64,000 nt of DNA, taken from the NCBI GenBank assembly GCA_030433215.1, contig JAUIMC010000009.1, forward strand, positions 62,849-126,848, written 5' to 3'. How positions within the stretch are numbered: position 1 is the first letter of the stretch; the number at the start of each line of letters is the position of its first letter. The notes below the pieces were generated by a model that had not been told where the DNA came from, did no database searches, and saw nothing but the letters and a program-made list of their open reading frames with translations. A program made the translations under genes and the position numbers. Shown here one piece after another: positions 46,231-54,757 of the stretch. Origin of the DNA: Alphaproteobacteria bacterium. GTDB taxonomy: Bacteria; Pseudomonadota; Alphaproteobacteria; Caulobacterales; Parvularculaceae.

Positions 46231-48057
46231 TTAGCGCGGCTGCATGCCGTAAGGCAGCTCAGAGGCGAAAGCCTCAATGCGTTCGATCTTGCCGCCGGAG
46301 AAGCGGAACAGCCCAACCACCTGCTGCGTGCGCGGATAGGGCAGGCTGCCTTTATAGGCCTCGCCCGACGCGTCGGTGAAGTCCTGTTCGCTCGCGGGGA
46401 AATCCTCAAACATCGACATGGCGACAAGGCCGCGCTGTTCGTCGACGGCGATCACGCGCGCATCGCGCACCGCCTTGACCGATTGCAGGCGCTTGCCCGT
46501 CAGCGGCGCGGCGCAGGGAGAAAGCTCCTGGCCGTTGACCGCCCACATGCAATCATCCGCGAAGTCGTCGGGCGCGGTTCCGTTCTGGGCGTTGATCGCT
46601 GCGTAAACGCGGTCGACAGCGGCCAGCATGTCCATGCGCGAGGTGCGTTCGCCTCGAGAGAGATTGGAAAATTCCGGCGCGGATTCCGGCGCCGCGAAGG
46701 GCGGTCCGTATTCCTTGCGCCGGATCACCGCTTCGACGCCGCCGATTTTGTCGCCGTCGGCGCTGACCGTGACGGCGGCCCAGGAGGGCTGGCCGTGGGC
46801 TTCGATGCGCCCGATCCACACGGCGCGGCCGAGTTCTTCGTCGGCGATGATCAAGGGATCGCCGCCGACGGCGGTGGTCGAGCCCCAGATGCCTTCGCCG
46901 ACTTGCAGGCCGACGCTGTTTTCCTCGTAACCAACCTCGTCGGCCCAGGGCAGGGTCTTCCATTCGCCGCGGTTCGGATAGGCGTTCATCACCCGCTCGG
47001 TAAGACGCGTCAGGCAGCGCGTATTGCACGCGTCCGGCGAGGAGACCGAGATCGGCGGCTTCGCCGCATCGCCGGCCCAGGGGTTGTGCATGAAATAGGG
47101 CACATAGGTGAACACCGCTTCGATCCGGCTGATCTTTGCATCCTTGATGCGGAACGCTTCGAGCAGCGTGATCGAGTTCGGCCATTTCAGCGCGGTTTTC
47201 ATCTCGCGCCCGTCGGTGAGGTTGTAGCGGTCGAACTCATTGGCGTGATCGAAGAAGCCGGTGGCGACGACGACGCCGCGCTCTTCGTCGATGAGCGGAT
47301 AGCGGCGTTCGCGAATGCGCTTGTTGATGCGGTAGATGCCGAGCTTGAACTGCGCTTCGCAGCCATCGACCAGGGTAAAGCCCTCGACGCCGTCGCGGGC
47401 GCGGGTCGTGGTGCTGATGCCGTTTTCAAGGCGGCCGCAATCCTCGTCGAAGGGCGCGAAGACCTGGCCGTCATTCAGTTCGACCGTGTCGAAATAGCTG
47501 TCGGCGATGGCGCGCATGCGCGCGCGCGGACGGCGCTCTTCCGGCGGCAGAACCTTGTTGAAGTCCGGGTCGTGCGTCATGTTTTCGGTGTCGCCGAACG
47601 GCGCGGGCAGCGCGGTCCGTCTGTGAACGACGCTTTCGGCCTCGTCGATCCGGCCGTCGGTAACGTGAATGCGCACCGCGAAGATCGCCGGCTCGCCATT
47701 CTCGATGACCGAACCGAACCAGGCCGCATTCTGGGTTTGCGTATCCGCGACTTCGAGGCCGACCGCGTCGACTTTCTCGACGGTGCCCCACAGGCCCTCG
47801 CCGAGCGGGATGACGACGTTGTTTTCGGTAAACTGGAAATCGTCGGCGGCGGGGACGGCCGAGGGCGCGCCAGCGCGCAAGGCGTCCATATATTGACCGA
47901 GCATGCCGAGGAGGCAGGCGCGGTCGCAGTCGAGTTCATAGACGGCGCTGTTCGCGCCTGGCGCCTGCGCGGCCGCGGGGGTGAGGGCAGGGGCGGCGGC
48001 GAAGATCGCGGCCCCCGACAAGGCGAGTTTCAGCTTATTCGTTTTGCTCTTGTGCAT
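46231..48057 (-). CDS. Secreted CxxxCL-family protein: fusion of types alpha and beta
   Basis: Signal peptide after ATG 48057. The N-half (CDRACL...FFDH...HNPW) is very similar to 33112-34086; the C-half (CNTRCL...LPWAD...LPYGMQP) is similar to 32180-33112. Confidence 0.85.
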   Translation of the reverse strand: MHKSKTNKLKLALSGAAIFAAAPALTPAAAQAPGANSAVYELDCDRACLLGMLGQYMDALRAGAPSAVPAADDFQFTENNVVIPLGEGLWGTVEKVDAVGLEVADTQTQNAAWFGSVIENGEPAIFAVRIHVTDGRIDEAESVVHRRTALPAPFGDTENMTHDPDFNKVLPPEERRPRARMRAIADSYFDTVELNDGQVFAPFDEDCGRLENGISTTTRARDGVEGFTLVDGCEAQFKLGIYRINKRIRERRYPLIDEERGVVVATGFFDHANEFDRYNLTDGREMKTALKWPNSITLLEAFRIKDAKISRIEAVFTYVPYFMHNPWAGDAAKPPISVSSPDACNTRCLTRLTERVMNAYPNRGEWKTLPWADEVGYEENSVGLQVGEGIWGSTTAVGGDPLIIADEELGRAVWIGRIEAHGQPSWAAVTVSADGDKIGGVEAVIRRKEYGPPFAAPESAPEFSNLSRGERTSRMDMLAAVDRVYAAINAQNGTAPDDFADDCMWAVNGQELSPCAAPLTGKRLQSVKAVRDARVIAVDEQRGLVAMSMFEDFPASEQDFTDASGEAYKGSLPYPRTQQVVGLFRFSGGKIERIEAFASELPYGMQPR

Positions 48058-50278
48058 TGTTGTCTTCTTCTCCCTGTATGCCGCCTTTTGCAGCGTCGTC
48101 GTGCCAGTCTTCATTGGCGCGCGCGATGAGATAGGCGTGAATGGCTTGGGCTTCGTCTTCGGTCAGGATGTTGTCGAAGCTGGCCATGCCCTTTTCCGTG
48201 CGCGTGCCGCGCAAGACGATGTCGAGGAACTCGTCATGGGTTTCCTTCGACATATAGCGAAGGTCCTTCATGCCGCCGCGCGCGTTCTTGCCGTGACAGG
48301 TGGAACAGGTTTCGGCGAAAAGCCGCGCGCCTTCCTCGACGACGGCTTCCGGCGCCCTTAGCATCGGCGGGCGCGGCAGGTCGGAGCGCGCCGGCATGGG
48401 CGGCAGTTCGGCGTCGCCGCCGAGCTTGAACACGAGAAGCCGCGCCGTCGAATAGTGAAAGCCGCCGGGGATCTTGTTCAGCGCCGACACGGGCGAGCCG
48501 CCCCAGCCGACATTAACCGCCACATATTGTTCGCCGTCGACCATATAGGTGATGGGGCCGGCGATGGCGACATTCTGCACCGGCATCTTCCAGACAAGAT
48601 CGCCATTGTCGGCGCGATAGGCGGCGAAGTCTTTTTCGACCGAGCCCTGGAAGAGGAGGTTGCCGGCGGTGGCGAGGACGCCGCCGGAGCCCGGATAAGG
48701 ATGCATGACGCGGAACGCCTCTTCCTGTTTCACCGGGTCCCAGGCGAGAAGATAGCCTTTTTCCTTTTCATCGGCTTCGGCCTGAAGCTCGCGCCGCTTG
48801 TCCATATTATGGATGTAGTCGAAGCCGGAATTGACGCGCCAATGGCGCGGGTTGAATTCCTCGGGCGGCAGCTTGGCGTAGACGAACCATTGCTCCTGCG
48901 CCGAAAGATAGATGAGCCCGGTGTCCGGGTGGTAAGCCATGGGGTGCCATGTATGCGCGGCGAGCGCGCTCGGCGTCATCAGCTTGGGCTCTTGAGTAAG
49001 CCGCGCGGTCGGCGTTTCGACCGGACGGCCCGTCTCCATGTCGATGTGGGTCGCCCAGGTGTTCGGCACATAGGTTTCCGCACTGATCAATTCGCCGGTG
49101 GCGCGGTCGATCACATAGAAGAAACCATTCTTCGGCGCCTGCATGATGACTTCGCGGGTTTCGCCTTCGATCTCGAGATCGGCGATCATCATCGGCTGGG
49201 TGCAGGTGAAGTCCCATTCCTCGCCGGGCGCCATTTGATAGTGCCAGCGATATTCGCCGCTGTCGGCGTCGACCGCCACGATGGAACAGAGGAAGAGGTT
49301 GTCGCCGCCGCCGGGGGAGCGGAATTCCTGCACATGCGGCGAGCCGTTGCCGGTTCCGATATAGACGAGATTGAGGTCGGGATCGTAGACGATCGAATCC
49401 CAGGCGGTGCCGCCGCCGCCCAGCGTCCACCATTCGCCGTTCCAGGTTTCGGCGGCCATCTCCATGACCGAGTCGGAGGCTTCGCCGTCTGGGCCGTCGG
49501 CGGGATTGCCCGGCACGATGTAGAACTTCCAGAGTTTCTCGCCGGTCTCCGCGTCGAAAGCCGCCACGAAGCCGCGCACGCCGTAATCGGCGCCGCCATT
49601 GCCGATCACCACCTTGCCGTCGAAGACGCGCGTCGGTCCGGTGATGGAATAGGGTTCGGTGTTCTCGAAGGTCTTGGTGGTCCAGATTTCTTCGCCGGTC
49701 TTGGCGTCGATGGCGATCAGCCGTCCGTCGAGGGCGCCGATATAGAGCTTGCCTTCCCATGCGGAAATGCCGCGCGTCGAAGGTCCGCAGCAGGCGAGCC
49801 GCGCCCATTCGCGCGAGACTTCCGGATCGTAGGTCCACAGCTTTTCGCCGGTCGCGGCGTCGTAGGCCGTGACGACATTGAAGATCGAGGCGTTGTAGAG
49901 AACGCCGTCGATCACCAGGGGCGTCGCCTGCACGCCGCGCAGCGTGTCGAGATCGTCATACCAGGCGAGACCGAGCTGATCGGCGTTTTCATGGTTAATC
50001 TCGTCGAGCGGGCTGAAGCGTTGTTCCTTCCAGCCGCGCCCGTAAGACATCCAGTCGCCGACATTTTCCGGGGCGTCGATATTGCGCATGGTTTCGCTTG
50101 TGACGTCCGCAGGCCGCGCCGCCGCGGAGGACGATGATCCTTCGGGGTCGGGCTCGGAGGCGCCCGGCGCGGACGCATCGTTTCCGCAGGCTGCGAGCAG
50201 GCAAAGGAAAGCCAGCGCGATGGCGCGGCGGCTTTCGGCGGCGAAATCGGAAAAAGAAAACAGGGTGAATTTCATCAT
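48035..50278 (-). CDS. Lipoprotein quinohemoprotein (PQQ + heme c) alcohol dehydrogenase, type II
   Basis: Lipobox LLAAC; WMSYGR, QRFSPL, ACCG vicinal cysteines, GTGNGSP, WDFTCTQ, APKNGFFY, CSTCH heme site. Confidence 0.92.
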   Translation of the reverse strand: MMKFTLFSFSDFAAESRRAIALAFLCLLAACGNDASAPGASEPDPEGSSSSAAARPADVTSETMRNIDAPENVGDWMSYGRGWKEQRFSPLDEINHENADQLGLAWYDDLDTLRGVQATPLVIDGVLYNASIFNVVTAYDAATGEKLWTYDPEVSREWARLACCGPSTRGISAWEGKLYIGALDGRLIAIDAKTGEEIWTTKTFENTEPYSITGPTRVFDGKVVIGNGGADYGVRGFVAAFDAETGEKLWKFYIVPGNPADGPDGEASDSVMEMAAETWNGEWWTLGGGGTAWDSIVYDPDLNLVYIGTGNGSPHVQEFRSPGGGDNLFLCSIVAVDADSGEYRWHYQMAPGEEWDFTCTQPMMIADLEIEGETREVIMQAPKNGFFYVIDRATGELISAETYVPNTWATHIDMETGRPVETPTARLTQEPKLMTPSALAAHTWHPMAYHPDTGLIYLSAQEQWFVYAKLPPEEFNPRHWRVNSGFDYIHNMDKRRELQAEADEKEKGYLLAWDPVKQEEAFRVMHPYPGSGGVLATAGNLLFQGSVEKDFAAYRADNGDLVWKMPVQNVAIAGPITYMVDGEQYVAVNVGWGGSPVSALNKIPGGFHYSTARLLVFKLGGDAELPPMPARSDLPRPPMLRAPEAVVEEGARLFAETCSTCHGKNARGGMKDLRYMSKETHDEFLDIVLRGTRTEKGMASFDNILTEDEAQAIHAYLIARANEDWHDDAAKGGIQGEEDNNAQEQNE

Positions 50279-50420
50279 GGGTCTTGTGCTGGGTTGAGGA
50301 AGAATTTGTGCAGTGCACCAATGCGGCGCCGGCAAGCTTGCCAAGCAAGGCGGTCTCATTTCATAATCTAATAATCTAATAAAAAAGCTGAGTGGGCGTA
50401 GACCGACTTGGAGGAGAGGA

Positions 50421-51383
50421 TTGCCGGAACTGGAAAAAGGCTGGGGTGAGTTGCCCAACCTGTTGGTCGATTTAAGCGAAGTAGAACAGGGAAAACGCGC
50501 GCTCTCGTGGGACAGCGCCGTGCGCACCGCTTTTCCGAGTCTTTCTGTGGAGCTGTCGGACCCCACGGAATCCTGCGGCACCATCAACTGCACCAAAATG
50601 GGCGCCGGCGAATTCTTCGAAATCGATTCGGCCCCGGTCGACGTCACCCATCACGCCGGCGCGGCGAAAGAAAAAAGCCCGCCGCATCTGTCTTTGATGA
50701 TCCAGTCCAAAGGCTCCATCTGCGTCAGCCAGGCCGGCCAGAGCTCCATCCTGCGCGAAGGCGATCTGTGCGTTATCGACGAAGCGCGCAGCTTCCGGAT
50801 GATCGGCGAAGGCAGCAGCAAGATCCTGTTTCTGCGCATGTCCCGCGCGGCGGCGCTCAGCCGCTATCCCACGCTTGAAAAACCCTTTGCGAGCGTCTTT
50901 CCGGGCGAAGAGCCGGGCACCCGGCTTCTGGCCGACACGCTTTTGAGTTTCGCCGCCGCGGCGGGGAGCCTCAGGGAGTTGCAGCGCAGCGCCATGATGA
51001 ATGCGGTCATACAGATGCTCGGCATGGCGGAGCCGTTTTCGCGTCTGTCGCCGGCGCCTGACTGGCGCGTCCGGCGCGCGCTCGATTACATCGAACTCAA
51101 CCTTTCGGTCCCGGGTCTCACCGCCGAAGCCGTGGCGCAGGACCAGCGGATCAGCCGCCGGCGCCTGGATCAGCTGATGCAGGAAGCGCTCGGCCATTCG
51201 ATCGCCAGCCATTTGTGGAGCCGCCGGCTTGAACAGGCCGCGGCGGATCTGCGCGACGGGCATCGCGCCGACCAGTCGATCGCCCAGATCGCTTTCGCCA
51301 ACGGGTTTGAAGACGCGGCGCATTTCACGCGCGCTTTCAAAAGGCGGTTTTCCCTCACCCCCGGGCAGTGGCGTCTTAACTGA
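50421..51383 (+). CDS. AraC family regulator (FeaR-like)
   Basis: LREGDLCVIDEARSF; RALDYIELNLSVPGLT...SIAQIAFANGFEDAAHFTRAFKRRF; divergent from the PQQ dehydrogenase. Confidence 0.88.
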   Translation: MPELEKGWGELPNLLVDLSEVEQGKRALSWDSAVRTAFPSLSVELSDPTESCGTINCTKMGAGEFFEIDSAPVDVTHHAGAAKEKSPPHLSLMIQSKGSICVSQAGQSSILREGDLCVIDEARSFRMIGEGSSKILFLRMSRAAALSRYPTLEKPFASVFPGEEPGTRLLADTLLSFAAAAGSLRELQRSAMMNAVIQMLGMAEPFSRLSPAPDWRVRRALDYIELNLSVPGLTAEAVAQDQRISRRRLDQLMQEALGHSIASHLWSRRLEQAAADLRDGHRADQSIAQIAFANGFEDAAHFTRAFKRRFSLTPGQWRLN

Positions 51384-51522
51384 GACAGCCCGCCTGATCA
51401 CCACCGGCGCCTGCACGGTCAAGCCACGATTCCAGATAGGGCTAGCGGTGGGATTCTCCCCGGTGGTTAAGTCGTTTATCAAGTAGCTAAACCGGGACAA
51501 CCGGTCCACAGGGAGGATATCG

Positions 51523-52506
51523 ATGCTGCAAGCGAACGCAGCGGGCATTCGCGCCGTCCGGCTTTGCGCGGCGATAACCGGCGCCGTCCTGCTTGCCGCC
51601 TGCGCGCCATCTTCAAGCGATGAAGCCGCAGCGCCGCAGGACATCCTGATCGACGGCGCCCGCGTGTTCCCTGAAAGCGTGACCTCTGACAGCGACGGCG
51701 CCGTTTATGCCGGGAGCCTTGGCGGCGTGATCTACCGGGCCGAACCCGGCGCCGGCGTCGCCGAGCCCTGGATCGAACCGACGGAAGAGAACGGCCTCCT
51801 GGCGCTTTTCGGCGTGCTCGCCGATGAAACGCACGGCGTCTTATGGGTCTGTTCCAACCCGAATCCCTTCGCGGGCGGCGACGGGCCGAAGGTCTCGAGC
51901 CTTCTCGCCTTCGATCTTGAAAGCGGCGAGTTTGAGGCGCGCTATCCCTTCCCGGAAGGCCCGGCGGCCTGCAATGACATCGCCGTCGCCTCCAATGACG
52001 TCGTCTTTGTCACCGAAACAGCGGGCGGGCGGATCTTCCGCCTTGCGCCGGGCGCCACCGATCTCGCCCTTTTCGCCGAAGGCGAGAATCTTATCGGCGT
52101 CGACGGCATCGCATTCTCCGACGACGGAACAATGTACATCAACAATGTGCGCGCGCATCTCGTGCAGCGGGTCGAACGCGACGCCAATGGCGCCTATGCG
52201 GGCCTCACTGATCTGGCGCTATCCGAACCGGTGAACGGGCCTGACGGGTTGCGCCCGGTCGGCGGCGACAGCTTCCTTCAGGCGGAAGGCGCCGGTGGGC
52301 GCGTTGCGCTGATCGAAGTCGACGGCGACAGCGCAACAGTAACGCCGCTGCGCACAGGCCTTGCCTCTTCGCCCGGCGTTACGCGCGCCGGCGATGTCGG
52401 CTACGCCACCGAAGGCAAGATCCAATATCTGATTGACCCTGAATTTCAGGGTCAGGACCCCGGAGAATTTTACCTCCGGGCTTTCACCCTACCGGAGGGA
52501 CTATGA
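51523..52506 (+). CDS. SMP-30/gluconolactonase-like six-bladed propeller lipoprotein
   Basis: Lipobox LLAAC; FPES, ACNDIA, GVDGIA and GPDGL at the metal-ligand positions. Confidence 0.75.
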   Translation: MLQANAAGIRAVRLCAAITGAVLLAACAPSSSDEAAAPQDILIDGARVFPESVTSDSDGAVYAGSLGGVIYRAEPGAGVAEPWIEPTEENGLLALFGVLADETHGVLWVCSNPNPFAGGDGPKVSSLLAFDLESGEFEARYPFPEGPAACNDIAVASNDVVFVTETAGGRIFRLAPGATDLALFAEGENLIGVDGIAFSDDGTMYINNVRAHLVQRVERDANGAYAGLTDLALSEPVNGPDGLRPVGGDSFLQAEGAGGRVALIEVDGDSATVTPLRTGLASSPGVTRAGDVGYATEGKIQYLIDPEFQGQDPGEFYLRAFTLPEGL

Positions 52507-53216
52507 AGCGCATCATGCCCATGGCCGTGCTTTTGGCCGTCATGACCGCGTCCGCGCCGGCGCCGGTTTTGGCGCAAGGCGATCTGGACGCCGAAATCGA
52601 AACGCTGACCGAGCGCGTCGAGAAACTCGAAGGCATTCGCGCCGTCAAGAAACTCCAGCGCGCCTTCGGCTTTTATGTGGACCGCGGGCTCTGGGGCGAG
52701 GCGGCTGATCTCTTTGCCGCGGACGGCGCGATCGAGATCGGTCTCGACGGCGTTTATGTGGGCAATGAGCGCATCCGTGAATATCTGAAACGCCTGCATG
52801 GCGGCCAGGAAGGGCTGATCTACGGCCAGCTCAATGAATGGGTGACTTTGCAGCCGGCAATTTCCGTCGCCGAGGACGGCATGAGCGCAACCGCGCGCTG
52901 GCGCGATCTTGGCATGCTCGGTCAGTATAAGGAGCATGCCGAATGGCGCGACGGCATTTACGAGAACAGCTACGTCAAGGAAGACGGGGTCTGGAAGATC
53001 AAGTCGCTCCATCTCTACATCAATTTCGTGGCGCCCTATGAAAAGGGCTGGGCGCGGCTGAAGCCCGGCGAGGGGCTGACGCGCAGCGAGGCGTCGAAGA
53101 AGTTCAGGCCAGACCGCGGCCCCACGGTGACTTACGCGCCGTTTCCGGCCGTGCAGATTCCTCCCTTTCAGGCGCCCCATCCGGTCACGGGCGAAACCGT
53201 CGAAGGAGATCTGTGA
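52503..53216 (+). CDS. Secreted long-type SnoaL_4/NTF2 protein, subtype A
   Basis: Sec signal; FGFYVDRG, NEWVTLQP, FVAPYEKGW, PPFQAPHPVTG. Confidence 0.85.
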   Translation: MKRIMPMAVLLAVMTASAPAPVLAQGDLDAEIETLTERVEKLEGIRAVKKLQRAFGFYVDRGLWGEAADLFAADGAIEIGLDGVYVGNERIREYLKRLHGGQEGLIYGQLNEWVTLQPAISVAEDGMSATARWRDLGMLGQYKEHAEWRDGIYENSYVKEDGVWKIKSLHLYINFVAPYEKGWARLKPGEGLTRSEASKKFRPDRGPTVTYAPFPAVQIPPFQAPHPVTGETVEGDL

Positions 53217-53953
53217 TGCGTTCAGGCAAAACATTCATCCGGATTTGCTGCGCCGCTGCGGCGGGGGTCATGCCGGTGCTGGCGGCGGCGCCCGTCATGG
53301 CGCAATCGCTGGAAGCGCGCGTCGCCGATTATCGCGAGCGGGTCTCCCGGCTTGAAGATCAGGCGGCGATAGAAAACCTCCAGGCCACCTACGGCTATTA
53401 TTTCGACAAGGGCCTGTGGACAGAAGTTGCGAACCTCTTCGCCGACGATGCGAGTTTCGAATACGGCCAGCGCGGCGTTTATATCGGCAAGGACCGCATT
53501 CGCCGCGCGCTCTTGCTCTTCGGTCCTGAAGGGCTCGGCGAGGGCTATCTCAACAATCACACGCAATTGCAGAACGTCACCATCGTCGCCGATGACGGTC
53601 AGTCCGCCACGGCGCGCTGGCAGGGACCGGTGCAGCTCTCCGAACCCGGCGCCAGCGGCATCTGGGGCCTTGGCGTCTATGAGAACGAATATGTCAAAGA
53701 CGGCGGCGTCTGGAAGATCGCCAAGCTGCATTTCTACGTGACCGGCTGGACCGATTACGACAAGGGCTGGATGAAGTCGCTCATTCCCATGGAGGGCCAG
53801 AGCGCGGTGTACCCGCCCGATCAGCCGCCGACGGAAGTCTATCGCGCCTTGCCCGCGGCGTATCTGCCGCCCTTCAGTTTCAATCATCCGGTGACGGGAA
53901 AATCCCTGAAAGATCTGCCGATGGCCGGCGACGACATCGTGGGGCGCGAATGA
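53213..53953 (+). CDS. Secreted long-type SnoaL_4/NTF2 protein, subtype B
   Basis: Sec signal; YGYYFDKG, GPEGL, NNHTQLQ, DYDKGW...PMEG, PPTEVY, NHPVTG. Confidence 0.85.
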   Translation: MMRSGKTFIRICCAAAAGVMPVLAAAPVMAQSLEARVADYRERVSRLEDQAAIENLQATYGYYFDKGLWTEVANLFADDASFEYGQRGVYIGKDRIRRALLLFGPEGLGEGYLNNHTQLQNVTIVADDGQSATARWQGPVQLSEPGASGIWGLGVYENEYVKDGGVWKIAKLHFYVTGWTDYDKGWMKSLIPMEGQSAVYPPDQPPTEVYRALPAAYLPPFSFNHPVTGKSLKDLPMAGDDIVGRE

Positions 53954-54753
53954 TCATGAAAAAAATCTTGAAAACCATATCGCTCTCCGCCTTTTCCGCC
54001 GCGCTTCTGGCGGCCGCGCCTGCCTCGGCGCAAACGGCGGCGGAAAAACTCGACGCCCTCGACAAGCGCATCACGCGGCTTGAGGATATGAACCAGATCG
54101 AGCGGGTGCAGCGCACCTACGGTTATTTCGTCGACAAAAGTCAGTGGACGCCGCTTTCGAAACTCTTCTCGGAAGATGCGACGCTGGAAATCGGCGGCAA
54201 GGGCATCTTCCTCGGCCAGGACCGCGTGCTCGAATATATGCAAACCGCGTTCGGACCGGACGGCACCAAGCCGGGCGTCCTCGCCAACCACATGCAGTTC
54301 CAGCCCATCGTCGACATCTCGCCGGACGGCAAGACCGGCTGGGCGCGCAGCCGCGCCTATGTGATGAGCAATGGCGGCTGGGGTCTGCCGCTTTACGAAA
54401 ACGCCTATGAAAAAGGCGAAGACGGCAAATGGCGGATCTCCCGCCTCACCGGCCCCTTCACCATGTATGCGGGCTGGGAAGGCTGGGGCAAGACGGCGCT
54501 CAACAACACCTGGCCGGACAAGTTCGATCCGCCGCCCGATCTGCCGCCTTCCGTCATCTATCTGACCTATCCGGCCTATTACATCGTGCCCTTCCACTAT
54601 CCCAACCCGGTGACCGGCGAGGCGTTGATTCCCGACCGGGACGAAGTCGGCGCCTATCATCGCCCGCCCGGCACGCCGGAGCAGGAAAAGGCGCTCGCGA
54701 CCGGCCAGATGGAAGACGGCACGCAACCGATTGCAGAGCCGCCGAAGGACTGA
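53950..54753 (+). CDS. Secreted long-type SnoaL_4/NTF2 protein, subtype C
   Basis: Sec signal; YGYFVDK, TLEIGGKG, RVLEYM, NHMQFQ, PFTMY, PPPDLPPSVIYLTYP, PFHYPNPVTG. Confidence 0.85.
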   Translation: MIMKKILKTISLSAFSAALLAAAPASAQTAAEKLDALDKRITRLEDMNQIERVQRTYGYFVDKSQWTPLSKLFSEDATLEIGGKGIFLGQDRVLEYMQTAFGPDGTKPGVLANHMQFQPIVDISPDGKTGWARSRAYVMSNGGWGLPLYENAYEKGEDGKWRISRLTGPFTMYAGWEGWGKTALNNTWPDKFDPPPDLPPSVIYLTYPAYYIVPFHYPNPVTGEALIPDRDEVGAYHRPPGTPEQEKALATGQMEDGTQPIAEPPKD

Positions 54754-54757
54754 CCCG

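Noticed and set aside
50279-50647. N-terminal extension of the 870-aa PQQ dehydrogenase ORF
   Set aside because: It overlaps the divergent AraC gene; the lipoprotein signal begins at ATG 50278/50275.
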